This document shows positions 1 to 11,530 of a DNA stretch of 64,000 nucleotides, piece after piece. The stretch covers positions 16,282,543 through 16,346,542 of the forward strand of contig CM119267.1 in NCBI GenBank assembly GCA_051294375.1, in the 5' to 3' direction. Each line of letters starts with the position of its first letter. Position 1 is the first letter of the stretch. Origin of the DNA: Paraspadella gotoi. Taxonomy: Eukaryota > Animalia > Chaetognatha. The notes beneath the pieces are model-generated. The model did not search any database and had not been told where the DNA came from. It saw only the letters and a program-made list of their open reading frames with translations. The translations under genes and the position numbers were made by a program.

Positions 1-87
1 ATACCTATTAATTATTTAATATTTTGTCTATTCAAAGTTTATGTTTTCTTAGCAAAGATATAGCCATAGAATTACCATCGATATCCA

Positions 88-3047
88 GAGACCTCTGCTT
101 CTACAACGACGCCTGCTACTACCCCTCCCGCTGGTTTCCCGCCGACATTCCCTTCAACGCCGTCACCTCCACTTTGCCCTTTCTCGCCCACGGCCTGTTG
201 CTCTGGTTGCACCTGTTGACCCTGGAGACGAGATGCCTGACGGCGGGCCACGCCGGATTCCTCGACTACAACCTGGGATACGCGATGTCGTTGGCGTTGA
301 TGGCTGAGGGACTGTTCGCCGCCACGTTCCACGCCTGCCCGACGAGGTAAGATGTAACCTTGACGGGCCGAGGGCACTTGACACCCTCCCACCCTCCCTC
401 CTTCCTCCACCCATTCCTTCACCCCCTGATCCACCCCCAGATTCGTGTTCCAATTCGACTCAGCCTGCATGATTCTCGTCGCTTCTCTCGTCGTCGTCAG
501 CGTCTTTCACGGATGGGCCGTGACTGACGAAGATCTCCGCATCCGGATCATTCCAGAAATGGGCGTGGAGAGCGACGGCGACGAGGTGGTGGAGACGATT
601 CGCGGCCGTGTCAAAGACGACGACGACACCGACGACGACTTCGACCGCCCGCCTTCCTCCCGACGACCCATTCGAGCGCCTAAACTCTTTCTCTTCTTNN
701 NNNNNNNNNNNNNNNNNNNNNNNNNNNNNNNNNNNNNNNNNNNNNNNNNNNNNNNNNNNNNNNNNNNNNNNNNNNNNNNNNNNNNNNNNNNNNNNNNNNN
801 NNNNNNNNNNNNNNNNNNNNNNNNNNNNNNNNNNNNNNNNNNNNNNNNNNNNNNNNNNNNNNNNNNNNNNNNNNNNNNNNNNNNNNNNNNNNNNNNNNNN
901 NNNNNNNNNNNNNNNNNNNNNNNNNNNNNNNNNNNNNNNNNNNNNNNNNNNNNNNNNNNNNNNNNNNNNNNNNNNNNNNNNNNNNNNNNNNNNNNNNNNN
1001 NNNNNNNNNNNNNATAGGTGAAAGAGAGATTCGGTGCGCAATAGAGTTTTAAAAATTGATTTTAATCTGCTTTACATCTTCTTTCTCTCTCTTAAATCTC
1101 ACCCCACAAGCCACCGCTCTCGCCCTCAGCTTCGTTTTCGTCATCCTCGATTTTTCGATGGTTTTTCTCGGTTGCTCCCTGGGCGCCGCCATCTTGGCTC
1201 TCGTCCTCGGCGAGATCAGGCTGGCATCGATGCGGCGTCTTCACAAGCGGCGCCGTTCCGACGGCGGCGGCGGCGGCGTGAGGGCGTTCTTCATGAGGGA
1301 TTCATCGCAGTTCGTCCTTGTCCTTCTCTATTATTTCGTCTTTTTCGCCGTCTGGGCGGCCGCCTTTTATTTTTTCGCCGTCGTCTCCAGGACGAAAGTG
1401 ACAGGGACGGCGAAGGAGTCCAGGTGTCGTTGTTGTTGTAGAATTGATGTGTTGTTGCTGGTGTTGCCGACAACGACAATCAAAAAGATCAAATTCCTCA
1501 CAATTGTTTTTGTTTTGTTTAAACTTTAAAGATAGTACATGGCATAGTACTTTTTTCACCCTTCCCCTATTTTTCCCTCAATCCATTTTTCCTTCATTGC
1601 TCTCACCCAATCTCGCGTTTGCTATTTCGGGTGAGTGACCCTAATTACTTCCGCCCCCTTCTCGCACTCCCCCACCCTACTTCCCTACCCTCCCTTTCCT
1701 TCCCGCTCTCAATCCAGGGATCTGAACCGGAAGTGCGAATTCCTCGGTTATTACGACGCCCACGATTTGTGGCACTTGCTCTCGTCTCACGGACTGCTGC
1801 TCGCCGTGCTCAGAGCCATCACGTTGGGTAAGCCAGGGATTCTTGTTTTTTTTTTTAGGCGGGTAGGGGTCGTTGGGAGCGGGAATAAGTATTGCTTGGA
1901 GCGTGGGGGTGGGATTGAGAGGTGCTTGGTCGCTTGGGGAGACGGAAAGAAAGGTATGAGAATTGCTTGTAGCGTTGGAGAGAAAGACTCATGTTCTGGA
2001 TAACCAGATGAAATAAAAAGCGATAGAAAGCAAAGACTAGTCAACATTAAGCACTCAGNNNNNNNNNNAGGCTCATGTTCTTGATAAGCAGAAGAAATAA
2101 AAAGCGATAGAAAGCAACGACATTAAGCACTCAGCAGTAGCGTTGGCAATTCTTTTAAAATCGAGTGAAAAAAGAAAAGTTGTTTCCTTCTAGAGCTCGG
2201 ATTTTTATTTTTCTCCGTCCTCTTTTTTTTGCGCTGGGCCTGCGGCGCCGATTCGAGCCGGCCGGCGCGATGGCGCGCTCTGGGCGCCGCGAGATGGAAT
2301 CGCCTTCTCGGCGTCGGACAGAAAATAAATATTGAAATAGCGAAGGAGATGGCGCCGTGCAGAGGCGAGGCACGGGAGATATGACCCCCATAAAACAAGA
2401 AAATAACCCATTTCNNNNNNNNNNNNNNNNNNNNNNNNNNNNNNNNNNNNNNNNNNNNNNNNNNNNNNNNNNNNNNNNNNNNNNNNNNNNNNNNNNNNNN
2501 NNNNNNNNNNNNNNNNNNNNNNNNNNNNNNNNNNNNNNNNNNNNNNNNNNNNNNNNNNNNNNNNNNNNNNNNNNNNNNNNNNNNNNNNNNNNNNNNNNNN
2601 NNNNNNNNNNNNNNNNNNNNNNNNNNNNNNNNNNNNNNNCTCTCTCTCTCTCTCCATAAAAATTCAGGGTTCCCCTGTCGAATGTGTCGCCTTTTGTTTT
2701 GGGACTTTGAGGCTGAGTCCGCCTTGGATCTTCGCGCCATCTCGCGGGTTCGACGCCGGGCTCTNNNNNNNNNNGGAGTGACGTTGCCGATGGGAGGCGT
2801 TATCCGCGTGCGGGGCGCTCCGCGCGGCGCGCCCCGCGGCGGCCCACCCTTCAAAGACGTCCCCATGGCCTACGTTGGCGCGGCGGCGGCGTCGGCGGCG
2901 GCGGTGGCAACCAGCAGCACGCAAACGCTGACCGGCGCGGAAATGAGAGCGGAGAAGGCGCCGACGACGATGAAGAAAAAGAGGAGGAAGAAGAGGGTCG
3001 ATTCGTCGTCGTCATCGTCGTCGGAGGACGAGAAAAGATTCCGCTGA
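88..3047 (+). CDS. SID-1/SIDT family multipass membrane protein (dsRNA/lipid transporter family), 3' part only; 5' exons lie upstream of the window
   Basis: Exons ~88-346 (DLCFYNDACYYP...MAEGLFAATFHACP), 441-~1017 (RFVFQFDSACM, interrupted by an N-gap), ~1109-1423 (TM helices...TAKESR), 1718-1827 (DLNRKCEFLGYYDAHDLWHLLS), 2668-3047 (stop). These match SIDT motifs D.CYYN, EG..S.CYH.CP..FQFDT and SR..N..C....D.HD.WH. Checked GT/AG junctions (346/441, 1423/1718, 1827/2668) are phase-compatible. Confidence 0.85.
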
Positions 3048-5019
3048 AAAAAAAAGAACAACAGAAGAAGAAAAAAGAACTGACCATTCTTTTTTTATAT
3101 TCCTTTATTTTTTAATACTATTTTTTGGTCCGGAAATTCGATTCCCTTTTTTTTTTTGCTCGCTTTTTTCCCCTTTCGCTGCGCCCTTCCGTCCCAGGAC
3201 CTTTCTCTTCTTCGTCTCTCCTTCTCCCTTTCTCCTACTCTGTCTCTGTCCCGCGTCTGTCCCTTTGTTTTTTCATCGCCCCGTCTGCAACTCAGACTTT
3301 GTCTACTCTAAATCATTTCTCTTGGCCCTTCGCTATCGCTATACCTTTCTCGTCCCTTATACGTGTTTTCCTGTTCTCCTGTTGTCCCGTTCTCCCATTC
3401 CGTTACCGTCCCTCATCTCCCTTCTCCACTGTCTCTCCTCTACCCCATCTCCAGCTCTGTTCCTGTCCTACATCTTATTTCCATACATTTTTTTCCCCTT
3501 CCTCATTTCGTCGGGTCATTTTAGAAGAGAGAGAGGCGAAGAGAGTCCTCCCGTTACATATCCGAAATCGAACAAACGGATCTGCATAAAATTCTCATGA
3601 AATGTTGATAGCAATATGGCGAATTCAGTCTCTCTCTCTCTCTCTCTNNNNNNNNNNNNNNNNNNNNNNNNNNNNNNNNNNNNNNNNNNNNNNNNNNNNN
3701 NNNNNNNNNNNNNNNNNNNNNNNNNNNNNNNNNNNNNNNNNNNNNNNNNNNNNNNNNNNNNNNNNNNNNNNNNNNNNNNNNNNNNNNNNNNNNNNNNNNN
3801 NNNNNNNNNNNNNNNNNNNNNNNNNNNNNNNNNNNNNNNNNNNNNNNAAAAAAATGGAGAAAGAAAAGAGTTCGTTTTGTGATTTGTGGCTTTAGGTGCT
3901 AGAGAGAAAGAGGGGAAAGACAGAGAGAGATAGAGAAGAAAANNNNNNNNNNNNNNNNNNNNNNNNNNNNNNNNNNNNNNNNNNNNNNNNNNNNNNNNNN
4001 NNNNNNNNNNNNNNNNNNNNNNNNNNNNNNNNNNNNNNNNNNNNNNNNNNNNNNNNNNNNNNNNNNNNNNNNNNNNNNNNNNNNNNNNNNNNNNNNNNNN
4101 NNNNNNNNNNNNNNNNNNNNNNNNNNNNNNNNNNNNNNNNNNNNNNNNNNNNNNNNNNNNNNNNNNNNNNNNNNNNNNNNNNNNNNNNNNNNNNNNNNNN
4201 NNNNNNNNNNNNNNNNNNNNNNNNNNNNNNNNNNNNNNNNNNNNNNNNNNNNNNNNNNNNNNNNNNNNNNNNNNGAGGGAGAGAGACTCGGGTCGTGAAA
4301 TTCAGCCATTCAATACTGACTCCGGTTTCTATTTTGACCACAGAAACTTTTCGATGGGATTTTGTAGTAATAGTCTTACTTTTACCTAAAGGAATTTTAC
4401 AAAGCTAATTGGTCAGTAGGGCTATGAGAAGAATGGACTCAGTCGCAGAGTGAAACAGAGATTGGTCTCCAGCGAGCAGACGCGAAAAACTCGATTCTTC
4501 GGACGAAGTCGAAGTCGAATGAATCATTAAAGACTTCGATGAATAATGGAAAAGACAAATGAGCAAAGGGATCGAATCCAGTTCGACGCGGGACTAAGAC
4601 AATGTCGCCCACTTAAGCGATTGGAAAAGAGAGAGAGAGAGGGAGAGGGAGAGAGAGAGAGACTTGACCGATGGAAATTCTCTCGGGGTCAAGAAAGCGG
4701 TGGTTAGAATAAAAAGGACCTTGGCTTAGTTCGATTCTCATTTGAAGGAATATTTTCTGGGGAGAATTTACGATTGTGCAGCCATGTTGAAACGAATTTT
4801 GTTCTAAAAACAAAAACGGCGGAATAAGTACAAAGTTTAGTACAAAGTATTCTTTATTTAAAACTAAAAATGAAAATAAAAAAAGAAAGAGGATATTGAA
4901 ACCGAAAGAGAAACGAAATGTGAAAATCTAAAGCGAAAGTGAACGAGCGGCGATTATTTATCAGCGAAGGGACAGCGGCGGGAAATGATGATGAAATAGA
5001 GAATTGAAGGGTTACCTCT

Positions 5020-8000
5020 GCCCATTCGAGCGCCCTATTAACTCTTCTCTTCTTCTTGACGCCGATTGCTGTGACGTTTTCTCTTACTGCGGCGGCCGTC
5101 TGACGTGCACCGTCGTCGACGTGTGGCAAAGAAGCGCGGGACAATACGCGGCCTCGGCGGCTTTTTACCGGTATGATTCACCGCGGGGGCACCTCGGCGC
5201 GGCTCGTCCATGAGCAGTTCATCGCGGACCCGCTTTTTTCTCGGTGGTTGGCTCGGAGCATCATGCTGACGGATGTGGGGAAATTTGTGTCCACAAATAG
5301 GCGAGAGCGACGTGGCGAGGAATGTTGTGCGGACTGGTTTTGAAAGAATAAGAGGCTCGCGGAGGAGATGAGGATGGATACGGGGCTGCCGGCATTCTCG
5401 TTGGATTTTCTTGGCGGCCGCGATGTTAATAGGTGAAAGGAGAGTTCAGGTGAGCAATTAGAGTTTTAAAAAATTGATTTTAATCTGCTTTACATCTTCT
5501 TTCTCTCTCTTTAAATCTCACCCCACAAAGCCACCGCTCTCGCCCCAGCTTCGTTTTCGTCATCCTCGATTTTCGATGGGTTGGTTTTCTCGGTTTGCTC
5601 CCTGGCGCCGCCATCTTGCTCTCGTCCTTGGCGAGATTCGCGCTGGCATCGATGCGGCGTCCTTCACAAGCGGCGCCGTTCCGACGGCGCGGCGCGTGAG
5701 CGCGTCTTCATGAGGGATTTCATTCGCAAGTTCGTCCTTTCCTTCTCTATTATTCGTACTTTTTCGCCCGTCTTGGCGGCCGCCTTTTATTTTTTCGCTC
5801 GTCGTTCTCCCAGGACGAAAGACAGGGACGGCGAAGGAGTTCCAGGTTTGTCTTTGTTGTTGTTTAGAATTGATGTGTGTTGCTGGTGTAATGTTTTGCC
5901 GACACGCAAATCAAAAAGATCAAATTCCCACAACTTGTTTTGTTTTGTTAAACTTTAAAAAGATAGTACATGGCATTATAACTTTTTTCACCCTCCCCTA
6001 TTTTTCCTCAATCCATTTTTCCTTCATTTGCTCTCACCAATCTCGCGTTGCTATTTCGGGTGAGTGACCTAATTAACTTCCGCCCTTCTTCCGCACTCCC
6101 CCACCCTACTCCCTACCCTCCCTTCCTCCCGCTCTCAATCCAGGGATCTGAACCGGAACGTGCGAATCCTCGGTTATTACGACGCCCACGATTTAGTGTG
6201 GCACTTGTCTCGTCTCACGGCTTGCTGCTTCGCCGGCTCAGAGCCATCACGTTGGGTAAGCCAGGGATTCTTGTTTTTTTTTTTTAGGCGGGTAGGGGTC
6301 GTTGGGGGCGGGAAATACATATTGCTTGGAGCGTGGGTTGGGATTGAGAGGTGCATTGGTTCCGCTTGGGAGACGGAAAGAAAGGTTAGAGAATTGCTTG
6401 TAGCCGTTGGAGAGAAGACTCCATGTTCTGGATAACCCAAGATGAAATAAAAAGCTATAGAAGAGACTAGTCAACATTAAGCACTCAGCAGTGGTGTTGG
6501 CAATTCTTTTTTAAAATCGAGTGAAAAAAAGAAAAGTTGTTTCCTCAAGAGCTCGGATTTTTTTTTTCGATGGGGCCTGCGGCGCCGATTCGAGCCGGCC
6601 GGCGTGTCGCGATGCGCGGCTCTGGGCGCCGCGAGATGGGAATTCGCCTTCTCGGCGCGGCAGAAATAAATAGTGAAATAGCGAAGGAGATGGCGCCGTT
6701 GCAGAGGCGAGGCACGATATATGACCCCTAAACAAGAAAATAACCCATTTCTACTCTCTCTCTCTCTCTCGTCTCTCTCTCTCTCTTTCTCTCTCGTCTC
6801 TCTCTCTCTCTCTCTCCTTCTCTCTCTCTTCTCTCTCTCTCTCTTCTCTCTCTCTCTCCTCTCTCTCTCTCTTCTCATAAAAATTCAGGGTTCCCCGTCG
6901 AATGTGTCGCCTTTTGTTTTGGGACTTTGAGGGCTGAGTCTCCGCCTTGGATCTTCGCGCATCTCGCGGGTTCGACGCCGGGCTCTGACCAAAATGGGAG
7001 TTTTGACGTGCCGATGGGAGCGTTATCGCTGCGGGGCGCTCCGCCGCGGTCGCAGCCCCGCGGCGGCCCACTTCAAAGACGTCCCATCCTACGTGGCGCG
7101 GCGGCGGCTGTCGGCGGCCGGCGGTGGCAACCAGCAGCACGCAAACGCTTGACCGCGCCTCGCAGGGAAATGGAGTGAGAGGGAGAAAGGATGGGAAAGA
7201 GAAGAGATGGGGAAGGCACGCCGACAGTCGCAAGGGGACCCGCCCCGACTGGACCGCGACGGTAGATACGATGGACTCGGCGGACGACCGAGATGAGCGC
7301 ACCCGGTGACGACAAGACAGGTAGTTTCATAACCAACCCCGACTATAGCCGTATTAGCAAGGTGTAACTCTCCACGCGGACCACGCCTGACGTATGAAAG
7401 AAAAGAGAAGAAGGAAAAAAAAAGAGGAGGATAAGAAGATAAGAGGGGTCGACTTTCTCTACCAAACTACTCATCATCTTCCTCTTGTATTTCATTATAT
7501 CGCTCCGAATCTTGAGGAATGTCATGATTATTTCCTGGCCTGACCTCGTCGTCCGTTCCGTGTCCATCTCGCTGTCGGTAAGAAAGGGACTGAGTAAGGA
7601 AAAAAAAGGATCCGTCTTAGAAAAAAAAAAAAAAAAAAAAAAAACAACAGTAAGAAGAAAAAAAAAAGAAATGACCATTCTTTTTTTATATTCCTTTATT
7701 TTTTAATACCTATTTTTGTCGTCCGGGAGAATTCGATTCCCTCTTTTTTTTTTTTTTTTTTTTTGCTCGCTTTTTTCCCCTTTCGCGTACGTTGCGCCCT
7801 TCCCCGGCCCCCACCGTCCAGGGACCTTTCTCATTCTTCGTCTCTCCCTTCCTCCCTTTCTCCTACTCTGATTCTCTGAATGTCCCGCTGTTCCTGCTCC
7901 CTTTGTTTTTTTTCATCGCCCGTTCTGCAATCTAGACTTTGTTTCTTACTCTAAATCATTTCTCTTGCCCTTCGCTGATCGCTATACCTTTCTCGTCCCT

Positions 8001-8286
8001 GTATACGGTGTTTTCCTGTTCTCCTTGTTTGTCCGCCCCGTTCTTCCCATTCCGTTACCGTCCCCTTCATCTCCCTTCTCCACTCAGTCACTCTCTATCC
8101 CCATCTTCCAGCTCTGTTTCCTTGTCCTACATCTTTTTCCATACATTTTTTTCCACCTTCCTCATTTCGTCGGGTTCATTTTAGAAGAGAGAGAGGCGAA
8201 GAGAGCCTCTGTACATATCCGAAATCGAACAAACGGATCTGCATAAAATTCTCATTGAAATGTGATAGCAATATGGCGGAATTCAG

Positions 8287-8364
<78 letters not shown>

Positions 8365-8550
8365 GTTTCCGATGCGAAAAAAAGGATATTTTCCGCTTCA
8401 TTTCGCCTAAAATTTATGCGTTTTTGTTTTATTTCGTCTCAGAGAAAAAAATGGATTAAAGAAAAGAGGTTCGGTTTTGTGATTGTGGCTTTAGGTGCTA
8501 GAAGAAAGAGGGGAAAGACAGAGAGAGAATAGAGAAAAAAGTGTGTGAGA

Positions 8551-8581
<31 letters not shown>

Positions 8582-9625
8582 GAGACGAGAGAGAGAGAGA
8601 AGAGAGAGAGAGAGGAGAGAGAGAGGTGAGAGAGAGGGACGAGAAGATGAGAGAGAAGAGAGAGATAGTCGGGCAACGCGATGATGGTAAAAACAAGTTG
8701 AAAAAGAAAGAGAAAAGGTTGGAGAAACGAGATAGAGAGAGAAGAGAGATATTGTTGAAAACAGGCGGCTATTAGCGAAGCTTTTTCTTGTAGAAATCTC
8801 CGTTCTGACCCGCAGCTGATTGCCAGCATCTAGTTTCGATATATGGAGAAAAACGGAGAGAGGAGAGAACGACAAAGAGGGAGAGAACTCTCGGAGTCGT
8901 GAAATTCAGCCATTCAATACTGACTCCGGTTTTCTTATTTTGACCACAGAACTTTTCGATGGGATTTTGTAGTAATAGTTTACTTTTACCTAAAGGAATT
9001 TTACAAAAAGCATAAATTGCGGTCAGTAGGGCTATGAGAAATGGACTCAGTCGCAAGAGTGAAACAGAGATTGGTCTCCAGCGATCAGACGCGAAAAACT
9101 CGATTTTCGGACGAAGTCGCAAAGTCGAATGATCATTAAAGACTTCGATGAATATGGAAAAGACAAATGAGCAAAGGGATCGATCCAGTTCGACGCGGAC
9201 TAAGACAATGTCGCCCACTTAAGCGATTGGAAAAGAGAGAGAGAGAGGGAGAGGGAGAGAGGAGAGAGACTTGACCGATGGAAATTCTCTCGGGCAAGGG
9301 AAAGCGGTGGTTAGAATAAAAAAGGACCTTGGCTTAGTTTGATCTCATTTGAAGGGATATTTTCTGGGGGAGATTTACGATTGTGCTGCCATGTTTGAAA
9401 CGCAATTTTGTTCTAAAAACAAAAACGACGGAATAAGTACAAAGTTTATGTACAAAGTATTCTTTATTTAAAACTAAAATGAAAATAAAAAAGAAAAGAG
9501 GATATTTGAAACGAAGAGGAACGAAATGTGAAAATCTAAAGCGAAGTGGAACGAGCGGCGATTATTTATCAGCGAAGGGACAGCGGCGGGAAATTGATGA
9601 CTGAAATAGAGAAATTGAAGGGTTA
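5020..9625 (+). repeat. Indel-rich direct tandem copy of ~667-5014 (SID-1-like 3' region); probably an assembly or gap-fill duplicate
   Basis: CCCATTCGAGCGCC occurs at ~667 and ~5021, and GAATTGAAGGGTTA-like sequence ends both copies (~5001 and ~9611). The second copy has scattered single-base indels that break every exon, and it contains sequence where copy 1 has N-gaps. Confidence 0.85.
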
Positions 9626-9974
9626 GGATTCCTTACCAACGGGAAAAGGGAAGGAACGAGAAGAGAAGACGCAGACGAAAAAAATCAAGACTGAGTGGAG
9701 AAGATAAATAAAAGGGTGAGAGAGAGTTAAAGAACCAGTTTTTAGAGAAAAAATGTAGAAGACGGATGACGGAGAGAAGATAAGGAGAGAGAGATGAGAG
9801 AGAGAGAGAGAGAGAGAGGAGAGATGTGAGAGAGAGAGAGAGAGAGAAGAGAGAGAGAGAAAATTGCGACAAAGAGAGATTAGAAGCGGCAGAACTGAAA
9901 TTAATTCTCCGACGAAAAAGAAAAAAAAAATGTTCGGAAATATATATTTTTTTTTGACGGAGAGAAATTTCGAT

Positions 9975-10695
9975 CGAGGAAAGGGTTGGGGGTTGACGGG
10001 AGGGTGTGGGTTATGGTTTTGAAGGGGGGGTGGAGGGAGATGAGATCAAGGTGTCGAATTTTAAAGCGGGGGAAAGAGGATGACGGATGTAAGTCAGGGG
10101 TGAATTTTAAAAAGCGACCTTAAATTCCTCTTCTGGTGTTACCGAGCAATAAGAATTTCGTTTTGCTCTTTTCAGTTTCTCTCTTTCATTTTCTCTCTCT
10201 TCTCTCTCTCTGTGAGGATCGAACCACGGATTTTTTGTTTGGAGTGATCCGGCATCATCCGGACCAGCAGGTCACAAAAGAATTATTTTCATTGTACATA
10301 ATTATCTTATAACTTTTACAATTCAATAAAAAAGGATCACCAACGGGATTCGACCCGTAACTTTGATTCCACGTTCATTAGCCTTAATTCAAAGTCGCCA
10401 CAGCGACATATTGACGTGATTGATTTCATTGGTTTACTTATGATTGTACTATTATACTATTATAATACTAAAGACAAAGAACACCCATAAAACCGGAAAG
10501 GTTGGGCGGTTGACGGGAGGGTGGGTATGGTTTTGAAGAGGGTGTGAGGGGAAAATGAGATCAAGGTTAGTGAATTTAGCGGAAAGAGGGAGACGATAGT
10601 TAAGTCAGGGTGTGAATTTTAAGAAGCGACTTAAATTCCTCTTCGCAGGTTACCGACAATAAGAATTTCGTTGCTCTTTCAGTTCTCTCTTTCAT

Positions 10696-10710
<15 letters not shown>
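9975..10710 (+). repeat. Short direct duplication (~9975-10210 repeated at ~10495-10710)
   Basis: GGAAAGG..GGTTGACGGGAGGG...TAAGTCAGGG.GTGAATTTTAA...AATAAGAATTTCGTT appears twice with indel differences. Confidence 0.7.
10211..10407 (-). mobile_element. Two degenerate tRNA-like Pol III heads (possible SINE remnants)
   Basis: The minus strand has B-box-like GGTTCGATCC (~10215-10224) and GGGTCGAATCCC (~10344-10355), each with an upstream TGG-containing A-box-like segment. Neither forms a clean cloverleaf. Confidence 0.3.
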
Positions 10711-10752
<42 letters not shown>

Positions 10753-10966
10753 ACTCTGCTCTCTCTCTTCTCTCTCTCTCTCTTCTCTCTCTCTCTTCTC
10801 TCTCTCTCTCTTTTTCTCCACCTCTTTAATTTCCCTACACGATAAATTTCCCAGGGACGAAATCCATGCGACTTCGAAAGTCGGAAAGCGCTCCTTTATC
10901 CGGCGCACGCCGGGGGGCTCTTGAAACCGTCGTTAACGGAAATACGTAGAAAAAAAGAGGAGGATG

Positions 10967-10997
<31 letters not shown>

Positions 10998-11339
10998 NNN
11001 NNNNNNNNNNNNNNNNNNNNNNAGAGAGAGAGAGAGATGAGCCGCATAGGCCAGACAAAAGGGAAACAATCAAAAATCAATTATTCGGCGGTTCGTCGGT
11101 CCGTCGGTCCGTCGATTGAAGGGCTTTAAAATGAAGCAGATTCGGGGATGAGAAAAGGTTGGGTTATTCAATGGAAGCAATGAGCAGCTATATATATGCG
11201 ATTTTATTCGAATACAACAAGGTTGATTCAATACAGTAATCTACTATGCAATGTAAAAGTGAACTAGGTATTAGACGAACCTAAAATAACTATTTATTTC
11301 AATTTGATGTAAACATGGAAAGGATATTCCATGTTTACC

Positions 11340-11530
11340 ATAACAAATCTTTAGTACAATGAAAACCCGCTATTACGAATCTTCAATGCAATATAATGTG
11401 AATGAGATAAATTAACTTTAATGCATTGAAAACCTGTAGGAGATATTCGCTATAACGAATCTTCAATGCAACGTAAACCTGAAGGAGATATATGTTCGCT
11501 ATAACGAATCTTTAATGCTATGAAAACGCG
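11340..11530. repeat. Degenerate short repeat array (CGCTATAACGAATCTTCAATGCA unit)
   Basis: Three clear copies at ~11368, ~11448 and ~11497, plus a weaker copy at ~11340, with variable spacers. Confidence 0.55.

Noticed and set aside
5474-7180. Second functional SID-1 paralogue
   Set aside because: It starts mid-exon and every exon is broken by random indels; best explained as a noisy duplicate.
6477-10908. ORFs rich in ERERER or SLSLSL
   Set aside because: They are translations of (GA/TC)n microsatellites.
11340-11530. CRISPR-like spaced repeats
   Set aside because: Only 3-4 degenerate units with irregular spacing, in a eukaryotic context with no cas genes; more likely a transposon-derived or satellite repeat.
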